From NCBI GenBank assembly GCA_964426845.1, contig CAYRSA010000005.1, positions 52,478 to 114,933 on the forward strand: a stretch of DNA of 62,456 nucleotides, in the 5' to 3' direction. Below the pieces are notes generated by a model. The model was not told where the DNA came from, made no database searches, and saw only the letters and a program-made list of their open reading frames with translations. The translations under genes and the position numbers were made by a program. Numbering within the stretch: position 1 is the first letter of the stretch; every line of letters starts with the position of its first letter. This DNA is from an uncultured Candidatus Saccharibacteria bacterium (lineage in GTDB: Bacteria; Patescibacteriota; Saccharimonadia; Saccharimonadales; JAGQNJ01). Shown here one piece after another: positions 1-7,761 of the stretch.

Positions 1-1202
1 TCAGTGCCGTGCTCTTCGATGGCTTCTAGTAGACTAGACTCCAATTCGGATTTCTTTTTGAGTTTCTTAGGCTTAGCAGCCTCTTTCGGAGCCTCTTTAA
101 CGGCTTCAGCTGATGATGGTGCCTCAGGTTTGTCATCTTCGGCTGGTGCTTCAGCGTCCTTGGGCTGACTAGACTCGATGTCGATTTCGTAACCACTCAA
201 CTTACTGGCTAGTCGCACGTTCTGTCCGGCTTTACCGATAGCAATGCTCAGCTGGTCCTCGGGCACGATGACACGGGCTTTGTTGGTAGCTTCGTCGAGT
301 TCAACGCGGTCAACTTTTGTCGGGCTGAGAGCATTGATGATGAAGGTTTTAACGTCGTCGTCCCACACTACGATGTCGATTTTCTCTTGATCTCCAACTT
401 CGGACATGACGGCGTTAACGCGGGTTCCGTGGCCACCGACAAAGGTGCCGACTGGGTCAACACCAGGCACGGTGCTGGCTACGGCTAGCTTGGTGCGGAC
501 ACCAGCTTCGCGGGCAATCTTCTTGATTTCCACGGCACCAGATTCCATCTCCGGTACTTCTGAGCGGAATAGCCATTCGATGAACTCGGTTGAGCCACGC
601 GAGACAATTAACTGAGGTCCGCGCATGCCACGCTCAACGTCTTTCAAGTAAACCTTAACGCGCTGTCCTGGATAGTAGTGTTCACCCTGGATTTGCTCGG
701 ATACGGGCATGATTCCCTGTGCTTTACCTAGGTCAACACGGACCAGGCGACCTTCGACACGGGCTACGATGCCGTTAAGCACGGTGCCTATCTTGTCTTC
801 GTATTCTTCGAGGATGATTTCGCGTTCGGCTTCTCGTAGTCTCTGCAAAATCACTTGCTTGGCAGTCTGAGCGGCCACTCGTCCGAAAGACTCGACTTTT
901 TCGTGGACTTCAATTTCGTCACCCAGTTTGACGTTCTTCTTCATCACTTGAGCATCAGCCAAACTAATATCAATCTTTGGGTCGTGAATCTTCTCGACCA
1001 CATCTTTAGTGATATAGGCGTCGACGTCGCCAGTATTCAGGTTCATAGTCACCCGAACTTCTTGCTCGCGGTCACCATAGTCGCGCTTGTAGGCAGCCGC
1101 CAAAGCCTGCTCGACAATTTCTTGCACAACCGCTTCGTCTAAGTTTTTCTCTTCGGCAATGGTCCTTACGGCCAGCGCCAGTTGTTTCATATCTAAATCC
1201 AT
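1..1202 (-). CDS. nusA: Transcription termination/antitermination factor NusA (C-terminal end runs off the window)
   Basis: Absent from the ORF track because there is no stop in the window. Hand translation from ATG 1202 gives MDLDMKQLALAVRTIAEEKNLDEAVVQEIVEQALAAAYKRDYG. It has an S1-like segment GTVLNGIVARVEGRLVRVDLGKAQGIMP and a KH-like segment LSIAIGKAGQNVRLASKLSGYEIDI. AAGGAG lies 5 nt upstream of the ATG. Confidence 0.9.
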   Translation of the reverse strand, partial: MDLDMKQLALAVRTIAEEKNLDEAVVQEIVEQALAAAYKRDYGDREQEVRVTMNLNTGDVDAYITKDVVEKIHDPKIDISLADAQVMKKNVKLGDEIEVHEKVESFGRVAAQTAKQVILQRLREAEREIILEEYEDKIGTVLNGIVARVEGRLVRVDLGKAQGIMPVSEQIQGEHYYPGQRVKVYLKDVERGMRGPQLIVSRGSTEFIEWLFRSEVPEMESGAVEIKKIAREAGVRTKLAVASTVPGVDPVGTFVGGHGTRVNAVMSEVGDQEKIDIVVWDDDVKTFIINALSPTKVDRVELDEATNKARVIVPEDQLSIAIGKAGQNVRLASKLSGYEIDIESSQPKDAEAPAEDDKPEAPSSAEAVKEAPKEAAKPKKLKKKSELESSLLEAIEEHGT

Positions 1203-1245
1203 GTTTTCTCCTTGTTTTCTTTGAGCCATTATCGGCTCTTTTACT

Positions 1246-1269
1246 AAAAAATCCGACCTGCTGGCCGGA
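1246..1269 (-). terminator. Hairpin plus T6 run downstream of the CPBP gene, upstream of the nusA promoter
   Basis: Stem tccgacc (1252-1258) pairs with ggccgga (1263-1269) with one mismatch and a loop tgct. The plus-strand A6 at 1246-1251 is a T-run on the minus strand. Confidence 0.6.
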
Positions 1270-1310
1270 ATCTCTACATCAATAGTAGCACATTGAAAGA
1301 GTTTCGACAA

Positions 1311-2117
1311 CTACCTGTACTTGGCCCTTGTCTTCTCGTAAGAGCCCATGATCCAAGCCGCAGCAACAGCGTTATTAGTAGAGTGAGCAGTAAGGGCGTG
1401 GCTAAAGCCCCTGTTCCGTTGTAGCCACCACGTCCAAAGCCCGAGATTAAATTGCTGGACTGGGATTGTCTTAATGCCACTCTCTTCGTTCTTTCTATGG
1501 ACACCCGCGAACCAGATAGCATCAGCTAAGCCTACAGGCCAAGCGTTACCACTTACTCCAATTAAATTCAGGACTTTCGAAGGTAGTAGCCGAAAAATAG
1601 TTTCTTCGACGGCTGGAGTAATAACAACCATACCAGGGATGCCGGCAAGCACAGCAGACCGAGGCATATAGGCCACCTCGCGAAGCTTATTCTCTTTTTC
1701 AAGCTTTTCCGCTACAGTGACTGGCTTGTGGTCATGATATTTTGAGTTGCCCGTGGCAACACCCATCTTATGTGATACTAATGAAATACCTGTGTTAAGA
1801 GCTGTAATTGGCAGTGTTTGAAGCGCTGTATCTAGGTGACTTGTTTTGGTATCAAGAGTATCCTGAACACGATCACCTAATGATTCGGCGGGTTCTACTG
1901 ATGGTTGACCTGCTTGCGGAGTACCCTGATCAGATGGCTCCCCCTGAGCATTAGCAGGCTCAGCAACTAAAGTTTCTATAGCGCCAACAACAACACCGCT
2001 TGTCGCTACAACCGCACCGGCGGCCGCCAAACCTTTAAGAAAGCCTCTACGGCTCATTTGAGGGGTTTCAACTGGAATAACCTCGGTGGTCGCAAGTGAA
2101 TTCTCAGCAATCATCAT
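1311..2117 (-). CDS. CPBP (CAAX-protease/Abi-like) family intramembrane protease with twin-arginine-like N-terminal motif
   Basis: 268-aa ORF with MSRRGFLKGLAAAGAVVA about 20 aa from the start. It carries the CPBP motifs EETIFR (EExxxR), FAGVH (FxxxH) and HSTNN (HxxxN). A tandem ATG ATG start is present, and the second ATG (2114) lies 6 nt after TGcTATAAT. Confidence 0.7.
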   Translation of the reverse strand: MMIAENSLATTEVIPVETPQMSRRGFLKGLAAAGAVVATSGVVVGAIETLVAEPANAQGEPSDQGTPQAGQPSVEPAESLGDRVQDTLDTKTSHLDTALQTLPITALNTGISLVSHKMGVATGNSKYHDHKPVTVAEKLEKENKLREVAYMPRSAVLAGIPGMVVITPAVEETIFRLLPSKVLNLIGVSGNAWPVGLADAIWFAGVHRKNEESGIKTIPVQQFNLGLWTWWLQRNRGFSHALTAHSTNNAVAAAWIMGSYEKTRAKYR

Positions 2118-2120
2118 CTA

Positions 2121-2129
2121 ATTATAGCA
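2121..2129 (-). promoter_or_regulatory. Extended -10 box TGcTATAAT for the CPBP gene (leaderless-type spacing)
   Basis: The reverse complement of 2118-2129 is tgctataattag, directly followed by ATGATG. Confidence 0.55.
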
Positions 2130-2165
2130 TAATAAAACAAGTTATGCAAGTGATCGCTGTAGCTA

Positions 2166-2174
2166 TGCTATCAT
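2166..2174 (+). promoter_or_regulatory. Extended -10 box TGcTATCAT, 6 nt upstream of the pepN ATG
   Basis: tgctatcat, then ttatag, then ATG at 2181. There is no SD. It sits back to back with the divergent CPBP promoter in a 63-bp spacer. Confidence 0.5.
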
Positions 2175-2180
2175 TTATAG

Positions 2181-4715
2181 ATGAGCAAAAACGTCACTCG
2201 TTTGTTCGAGCAATTTCAGCCCGAAAATTACCTATTGGATTTGGTTTTAGATAAAAAGGACTTAAAATTTAGTGGCCGGGTTACCATTAGAGGCAAGAAG
2301 GTTGGCCGACCTAGTCAAAGAATAACTTTCCACCAAAAAGACTTAAGGATTACCAAAGCTAGTATCACCAAACGCGACAATAAGGGTAATGCCGAGATTT
2401 CTATCAGCCGCGTTAACACTCAAAAGTCTTTCGATGAAGTCCGCTTGCACTCAGACGCTCTTATTTACCCCGGAAAGTACACTGTAACTCTGGAATTCAA
2501 AGGCCAAATCACCGACGCAATGAATGGGCTGTATCCGTCTCGCTATAAAGACGATGGTCAAGACAAGGTTATCCTTGGCACTCAGTTTGAATCACACCAC
2601 GCCCGCGAAGTTTTTCCCTGTATCGACGAACCAGAGGCTAAGGCCACTTTTGATCTAAGCCTGACTACAGATAAAGACGAAACCATGCTAGGAAATACTC
2701 CGGTTAAATCCGAAGAGACCAAGGGATCAATCAAGACCACAGTATTCGAGCAAACTCCTATTATGTCTTCCTACCTGCTGGCCTTTGTGGTTGGCAGCAT
2801 GGACTACAAAGAGGCTACCACCAAGGATGGGGTAGCTATCCGAGTTTACGCTACTCCTGACAAAGTTGAGCAAGCCGACTTCGGGCTGGATGTGGCCGTC
2901 AAAAGCTTGGAGTTTTATAATGATTACTTCGATATTCCCTACCCTTTGCCCAAACTGGACATGGTAGCGTTGCCAGATTTTGCTAGTGGGGCTATGGAGA
3001 ACTGGGGCTTGGTCACCTACCGCGAGCAATGCTTGCTGGTTGACCCCAAGAACACCTCACTACCCAATAAGCAATACGTAGCCATGGTGGTAGCTCACGA
3101 GCTGGCACATCAATGGTTTGGCAACCTGGTTACCATGCACTGGTGGACTGATTTGTGGCTGAACGAAGGTTTCGCCAGCTGGATTGAGTACTTGGCCGTC
3201 GACCATATTTTCCCTGACTGGGAGATGTGGGCTCAGTTTGTGACCGACGAGCAACAGGCGGCTCTGCGGCTGGACGCACTAGCTAATACCCATCCAATTA
3301 GAGTGCCAGTCCGTCACCCAGACGAGATCCGGACAATTTTTGACACCATTAGTTATGCTAAGGGGTCCAGCGTTTTGCATATGTTGCACAACTACCTGGG
3401 ACCTGCCAATTTTCAAAAGGGCTTGCATTTATATCTGGAAAAACATGCCTACAAGAATACCCACACTCATCACCTGTGGGAGGCTCTAAGTGAAGCCTCT
3501 GGCAAGGATGTGGCTGCCTTTATGAAGAATTGGACGACCGAACCCGGCTTTCCGGTTGTTAAACTTGAAGGCGACAGGGTCAGCCAGCAACGTTTCTACT
3601 TAGCTCAGCCCAGCCAACCGACTAACACCATCTGGCAGGTTCCTTTGCTAACCGAACCCCAGCACGATCTGGAACTGCTAGACAGAGCCAGCGGCCAGAT
3701 ATCGGCCGGAACGCTATTAAACTCAGGTCGCTGTGGCTTTTATCGTGTAGCCTACGACCCTGAAACAATCCATAAGTTAGCCCAGCAAGTTAAGCAAGGC
3801 GACATGCAGCCAACCGATCGCCTGGGCATGCTGTCCGATAGCTTCGAGGTCGCCAAAGCCGGCTACGCAGACACTCTAGGCAGCCTAGAATTGCTGGCCA
3901 GTTATGCCGACGAAGACAACGCTGCTGTGTGGGACATTATCGGCATGGCTGTTGGGGATTTGCGAGGTGTCATGGGCACCGACGATGAAATCCGCCAGTC
4001 CATGAAGCCATTTGTAGCCAAATTAGTTAAGAAGCAGTTAGACCGTCTAGGTTGGGAGCCAAAAAAGGACGAGTCCCACTTCGACACCTTATTGAGGCCG
4101 TCGATCCTAGGTTTTGCCTCTTTCGCTGAAGTCCCAGAAGTTCTAGCCGAAATTCAGAGGCGCTTTAAGGCTATGACCAAGCCCGAAGACTGCCCGCCAG
4201 ACTTGCGCGGGGTTATCTGGAATACCATCGCCCGCCACGGCGATACCAAAGACTTCGACACTTTCTTAAAATGGCATCACCAGTCTACCAACAGCGAGCT
4301 ACGGGTCACTTTGTCGGCCGTCTTAACAGGCTTTGAAGACCCTGAGCTAACTGTCCGCGCTCTGGCAATTGTCAAAACTAAAGACGTGCGCCTCCAGGAC
4401 GCCGCCTACTGGATCGCCTATGCCTTTATGAATCGTTTTGCTCGTGATACCACCTGGATGTGGATGCAGGACAACTGGGACTGGCTGGAGGCCAACCTGG
4501 GTACAGATCTTAGCTTCTCCCGCTTCCCAATTTATGCGGCCCGGGTTTTTACCGGCGACAAATACCTCAAAGAATTCAAAGCTTTTTTTGAGCCAAAAAT
4601 TTCACCGACCCTAGAGCGCTCAATCAAGCAAGGTATCGAGATGATCGAATGGCATACTGCCTGGTATAACCGCGACCACGACTCAGTCCTGAAGTTCTTC
4701 AAATCTCAGGAATAA
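2181..4715 (+). CDS. pepN: Aminopeptidase N (M1 family zinc metallopeptidase)
   Basis: 844 aa with the signatures GAMENWG and HELAHQWFGNLVTMHWWTDLWLNEGFA (HEXXH-x18-E). Confidence 0.93.
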   Translation: MSKNVTRLFEQFQPENYLLDLVLDKKDLKFSGRVTIRGKKVGRPSQRITFHQKDLRITKASITKRDNKGNAEISISRVNTQKSFDEVRLHSDALIYPGKYTVTLEFKGQITDAMNGLYPSRYKDDGQDKVILGTQFESHHAREVFPCIDEPEAKATFDLSLTTDKDETMLGNTPVKSEETKGSIKTTVFEQTPIMSSYLLAFVVGSMDYKEATTKDGVAIRVYATPDKVEQADFGLDVAVKSLEFYNDYFDIPYPLPKLDMVALPDFASGAMENWGLVTYREQCLLVDPKNTSLPNKQYVAMVVAHELAHQWFGNLVTMHWWTDLWLNEGFASWIEYLAVDHIFPDWEMWAQFVTDEQQAALRLDALANTHPIRVPVRHPDEIRTIFDTISYAKGSSVLHMLHNYLGPANFQKGLHLYLEKHAYKNTHTHHLWEALSEASGKDVAAFMKNWTTEPGFPVVKLEGDRVSQQRFYLAQPSQPTNTIWQVPLLTEPQHDLELLDRASGQISAGTLLNSGRCGFYRVAYDPETIHKLAQQVKQGDMQPTDRLGMLSDSFEVAKAGYADTLGSLELLASYADEDNAAVWDIIGMAVGDLRGVMGTDDEIRQSMKPFVAKLVKKQLDRLGWEPKKDESHFDTLLRPSILGFASFAEVPEVLAEIQRRFKAMTKPEDCPPDLRGVIWNTIARHGDTKDFDTFLKWHHQSTNSELRVTLSAVLTGFEDPELTVRALAIVKTKDVRLQDAAYWIAYAFMNRFARDTTWMWMQDNWDWLEANLGTDLSFSRFPIYAARVFTGDKYLKEFKAFFEPKISPTLERSIKQGIEMIEWHTAWYNRDHDSVLKFFKSQE

Positions 4716-5040
4716 ATTCAGTCACCTCGAACTCTGGGCCGCTAACCTCGATGGCCGCCAAATAACATAGTCCGGACCAATCATGCACCGTCATCCAAAA
4801 CTCGGCGGCGAAGGCCATCTGCTTTTGTTTGACCGCTGTAATATAGTCCAGCCCCACACCCCATGAACCGCTACGCCGGTATTTGACTTCGACTAGCGAC
4901 ACTGCTCCGCCCTTAATTGCCACTATGTCGATCTCGCACCACCTAGTCCGCCAATTCTGTTGGACAACGCTGTAGCCCTGGCGAATCAGGTATCGTGCGG
5001 CGACATCTTCGGCTCGACGACCAGTACTTGTGGTGCTCAC
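4699..5040 (-). CDS. yraN: YraN/UPF0102 family endonuclease-like protein
   Basis: 113 aa containing GRRAEDVAARYLIRQGYSVVQQNWRTRWCEIDIVA and LVEVKYRR. It has a GTG start and lies downstream of rnhB, which is a common pairing. Its 3' end overlaps pepN by 17 nt. Confidence 0.8.
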   Translation of the reverse strand: MSTTSTGRRAEDVAARYLIRQGYSVVQQNWRTRWCEIDIVAIKGGAVSLVEVKYRRSGSWGVGLDYITAVKQKQMAFAAEFWMTVHDWSGLCYLAAIEVSGPEFEVTEFIPEI

Positions 5041-5063
5041 CCGTTCAATTTATCAGCCCTAGA

Positions 5064-5639
5064 TTAAATAATCTTTAACTCTAAGCGAATTTTTTGCAAA
5101 GGCTTGTAGGATAAGCGGTGCAAAGGTGTCACTCCAAACTGTTTAATGGCCTCCATATGGACTTTAGTGCCATAGCCGACATGCTTATCAAAGCCGTACT
5201 CCGGATGTTCAAGAGACAGTTCGGTCATCTTCCGGTCTCTTAAAACCTTGGCGTAAATGCTGGCAGCACTAACAATCGGGTGGCTGGCGTCAGCCCTAGC
5301 AATACACTGAACGCTAGTAAATTCCGGCCCACAGTAATTAATCAGACCATCCATAATTATCATTTCGTCGGTCGGAGCCCCCAAGTTTTTGAGGGCTCGC
5401 TCAACACCCAGGCGCATAGCCTCAGTCAGTCCAAGCTCGTCAATCTCGGCCGGCTGAACCCAGCCTTCGCCGAAGTCACAGACCTCAGGCAAACTAATAA
5501 ACATGGTTTCGCGCTTTTTCTTAGATAAAACTTTCGAGTCAGCCAATCCAACCGGCAAGTCGCCATGACTTCGGGCCGCCACCACCAACAGCGGTCCAGC
5601 CCAACAACCTCGACCAACTTCATCAATACCAATCAGCAT
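5064..5639 (-). CDS. rnhB: Ribonuclease HII
   Basis: 191 aa with the catalytic N-terminal motif IGIDEVGRGCWAGPLLV. Confidence 0.92.
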   Translation of the reverse strand: MLIGIDEVGRGCWAGPLLVVAARSHGDLPVGLADSKVLSKKKRETMFISLPEVCDFGEGWVQPAEIDELGLTEAMRLGVERALKNLGAPTDEMIIMDGLINYCGPEFTSVQCIARADASHPIVSAASIYAKVLRDRKMTELSLEHPEYGFDKHVGYGTKVHMEAIKQFGVTPLHRLSYKPLQKIRLELKII

Positions 5640-5645
5640 ATGCTT

Positions 5646-5654
5646 ATTCTAGCA
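5646..5654 (-). promoter_or_regulatory. Extended -10 box TGcTAGAAT, 6 nt upstream of the rnhB ATG
   Basis: The minus strand reads ttgcTAGAATaagcatATG, with no SD. Confidence 0.55.
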
Positions 5655-5690
5655 AACAACCTGTAACCCCAGGGGTATTGTTTTCTACCT

Positions 5691-5713
5691 ATGTAGCATC
5701 ATATATGCTACAT
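5691..5713. repeat. Perfect 9-bp inverted repeat (atgtagcat / atgctacat) with a 5-nt loop between rplS and rnhB
   Basis: 5691-5699 pairs with 5705-5713. A T-run (tgtcgttttt) follows only on the plus strand, although both flanking genes are on the minus strand. Confidence 0.6.
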
Positions 5714-5751
5714 TGTCGTTTTTACTAGTGAATCAACTTGGGGCCGAAAGA

Positions 5752-6297
5752 CTAGGCGTCGGTTTTTTCGGCATCGCCAGCCGCTTCGGCATGGCGTTTC
5801 TCAACTTCTGCGGCTTTGGCTTCCAGAGCAGCTTCTTCTTTAGCTTCAGCAGCGGCTAGCTCGTCGTGCTTCTCAAGAGCTTCTTCGTGCAACTTAGCCT
5901 CTTCAGCTTCAGCCTTTTTATCAACGACAGTGTTAACCTTCTCGCGGTCGAAGTCAGTGCCAGTCATACGGGCAGATTTACCAGTACGATCACGCATGTA
6001 AGATAGGTAGTTTCGGCGGACTTTACTTCGCTTAACAACTTCAACTTTAAGAACTAAGGGAGAGTGCAACAGATAAGATTTCTCGACACCCACACCGCTG
6101 GCAATTCGGCGGACGGTGATAGACGAAGTGTGACTGTTCTTGCGATCGGTACGGATAACTAAGCCCTCAAAAACCTGGACCCGCTCTTTGGCGCCTTCCT
6201 TGATTTTCTGGTGAACTTTAACAGTATCACCAGATCGCACATCAACGACTTGGTGCTTTTTAAACTGCTGTTCAACTTCTCGTACAACGGTACTCAT
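5752..6297 (-). CDS. rplS: 50S ribosomal protein L19 with a ~65-aa Ala/Glu-rich C-terminal extension
   Basis: The core is VVDVRSGDTVKVHQKIKEGAKERVQVFEGLVIRTDRKNSHTSSITVRRIASGVGVEKSYLLHSPLV. GGAG lies 5 nt before ATG 6297, and the ORF-track GTG at 6303 overlaps that SD. Confidence 0.9.
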   Translation of the reverse strand: MSTVVREVEQQFKKHQVVDVRSGDTVKVHQKIKEGAKERVQVFEGLVIRTDRKNSHTSSITVRRIASGVGVEKSYLLHSPLVLKVEVVKRSKVRRNYLSYMRDRTGKSARMTGTDFDREKVNTVVDKKAEAEEAKLHEEALEKHDELAAAEAKEEAALEAKAAEVEKRHAEAAGDAEKTDA

Positions 6298-6347
6298 AGA
6301 CACTCCAGTCTAGCGCATTTTCACCTCTAATGCAACACCTGTTGGCG

Positions 6348-6356
6348 TGCTATAGT
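6348..6356 (+). promoter_or_regulatory. Extended -10 box TGcTATAGT, 6 nt upstream of the malic enzyme ATG
   Basis: tgctatagt, then agttga, then ATG at 6363, with no SD. Confidence 0.55.
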
Positions 6357-6362
6357 AGTTGA

Positions 6363-7502
6363 ATGAGGAAAGACTTTGCCAAGCAAGCCCTAGCCCGCCA
6401 CAAGCAACTACGGGGCAAGATTAGTGTGAGCCTCAAGGATAGCCTCAATACGGCCGATAAGCTCAGCACCTATTACACTCCTGGGGTAGCGGCCGTATCC
6501 AGCTATTTAGCTAAACATCCTAAGAAAACTCGTGATTACACCTGGACTAATAACTCGGTGGCTGTGATTAGCGACGGCTCGGCGGTTCTGGGCCTGGGCA
6601 ATATCGGACCAGAGGGCGCTCTGCCGGTTATGGAGGGCAAAGCTATGCTATTCAAGCACTTCGCCAATATCGACGCCGTGCCTATTGTTCTCAATGTCCA
6701 TACGGCCGACGAAATCGTTAGCACAGTCAAGGCTCTGGCACCCAGTTTCGGTGGCATCAATCTGGAAGATATAGCTGCGCCTATCTGCTTTGAAGTCGAA
6801 GAACGCTTAAAAAAAGAGCTGACCATTCCTGTTTTCCACGACGACCAGCATGGTACGGCTATTGTGGTCCTGGCTGGCTTGATTAACTCTGTCCAGATGA
6901 CCGGTCGCAAATTGAAACATTGCCGAATTGTCTGTGTCGGCGCCGGCGCGGCCGGTACGGCTATTATAAAATTGCTGCACGTATACGCCGAGCCGGATAT
7001 TATCGCTGTCGACAGCCAGGGCATCATCTCGCATGACCGCCCCGACCTCAATGACGAGAAAAAGAAGTTACTTTACTACACTAATTACAGTGGTCTAAGC
7101 GGCTCACTAGAAGACGCTTTAGTCGGAGCCGACATCTTTATCGGCGTGTCCTCGGCGGGCCTATTGACGGCTAAAATGGTCAAGACCATGGCCGACGACC
7201 CAATTATATTTGCTATGGCAAATCCTGCGCCAGAAATTATGCCAACCGAGGCCCGGAAGGCTGGCGCCCATATCATCGCCACCGGCCGCAGCGACTTTCC
7301 TAATCAAGTTAATAACGCCATCGCTTTTCCTGGCATTTTCCGGGGCGCCTTGGATAACCGCGTCAAACACATCACTGATAAGCATAAAATTGCCGCCGCT
7401 AAGGCCATCGCCGGTCTGGTCAAAAAACCCACTCCCGACAAAATAATTCCATCCGTCCTCGACAAGCGCCTGGTGCCAGCCGTGGCTAAAGTTATTCGCT
7501 AA
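6363..7502 (+). CDS. NAD(P)-dependent malic enzyme (short form)
   Basis: 379 aa with YTPGVAAVS, VISDGSAVLGLGNIGPEGALPVMEGKAMLFK and the Rossmann motif VCVGAGAAGTAI. Confidence 0.85.
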   Translation: MRKDFAKQALARHKQLRGKISVSLKDSLNTADKLSTYYTPGVAAVSSYLAKHPKKTRDYTWTNNSVAVISDGSAVLGLGNIGPEGALPVMEGKAMLFKHFANIDAVPIVLNVHTADEIVSTVKALAPSFGGINLEDIAAPICFEVEERLKKELTIPVFHDDQHGTAIVVLAGLINSVQMTGRKLKHCRIVCVGAGAAGTAIIKLLHVYAEPDIIAVDSQGIISHDRPDLNDEKKKLLYYTNYSGLSGSLEDALVGADIFIGVSSAGLLTAKMVKTMADDPIIFAMANPAPEIMPTEARKAGAHIIATGRSDFPNQVNNAIAFPGIFRGALDNRVKHITDKHKIAAAKAIAGLVKKPTPDKIIPSVLDKRLVPAVAKVIR

Positions 7503-7716
7503 CAACCTTGTGCTCTTCAAGCAGAGCAACGGTGGCGTTAAGCTTGTCCTCGGGTACAGATACAACCTCGAAGTCTCCACACAGTGGACATTTATATCTC
7601 AGCCCGATTTTAGGCTCGCCATCTTCAACTTCAACCTCTAGCCTAAAGGCGGCCACTGGCAAATCGAAATCTTTCCACCTAGTTTCGCATGTAACTGCGA
7701 TTCCATCATAACTCAT
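7492..7716 (-). CDS. Hypothetical 74-aa protein (single CPLC motif)
   Basis: ATG 7716 lies 6 nt after TATAAT (7723-7728). The ORF-track TTG at 7731 falls inside that promoter. The protein starts MSYDGIAVTCETRWKDF and contains YKCPLCGDFEVV. Its 3' end overlaps the malic enzyme gene by 11 nt. Confidence 0.5.
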   Translation of the reverse strand: MSYDGIAVTCETRWKDFDLPVAAFRLEVEVEDGEPKIGLRYKCPLCGDFEVVSVPEDKLNATVALLEEHKVVSE

Positions 7717-7761
7717 ACGTATATTATACAACTCTTGTTAACACTAAGCAAGAGCACTGGG

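Noticed and set aside
406-1142. Plus-strand ORFs 406-615 and 855-1142 listed in the track at the left edge
   Set aside because: They are antisense to the unlisted but clearly real nusA reading frame (1-1202, minus strand).
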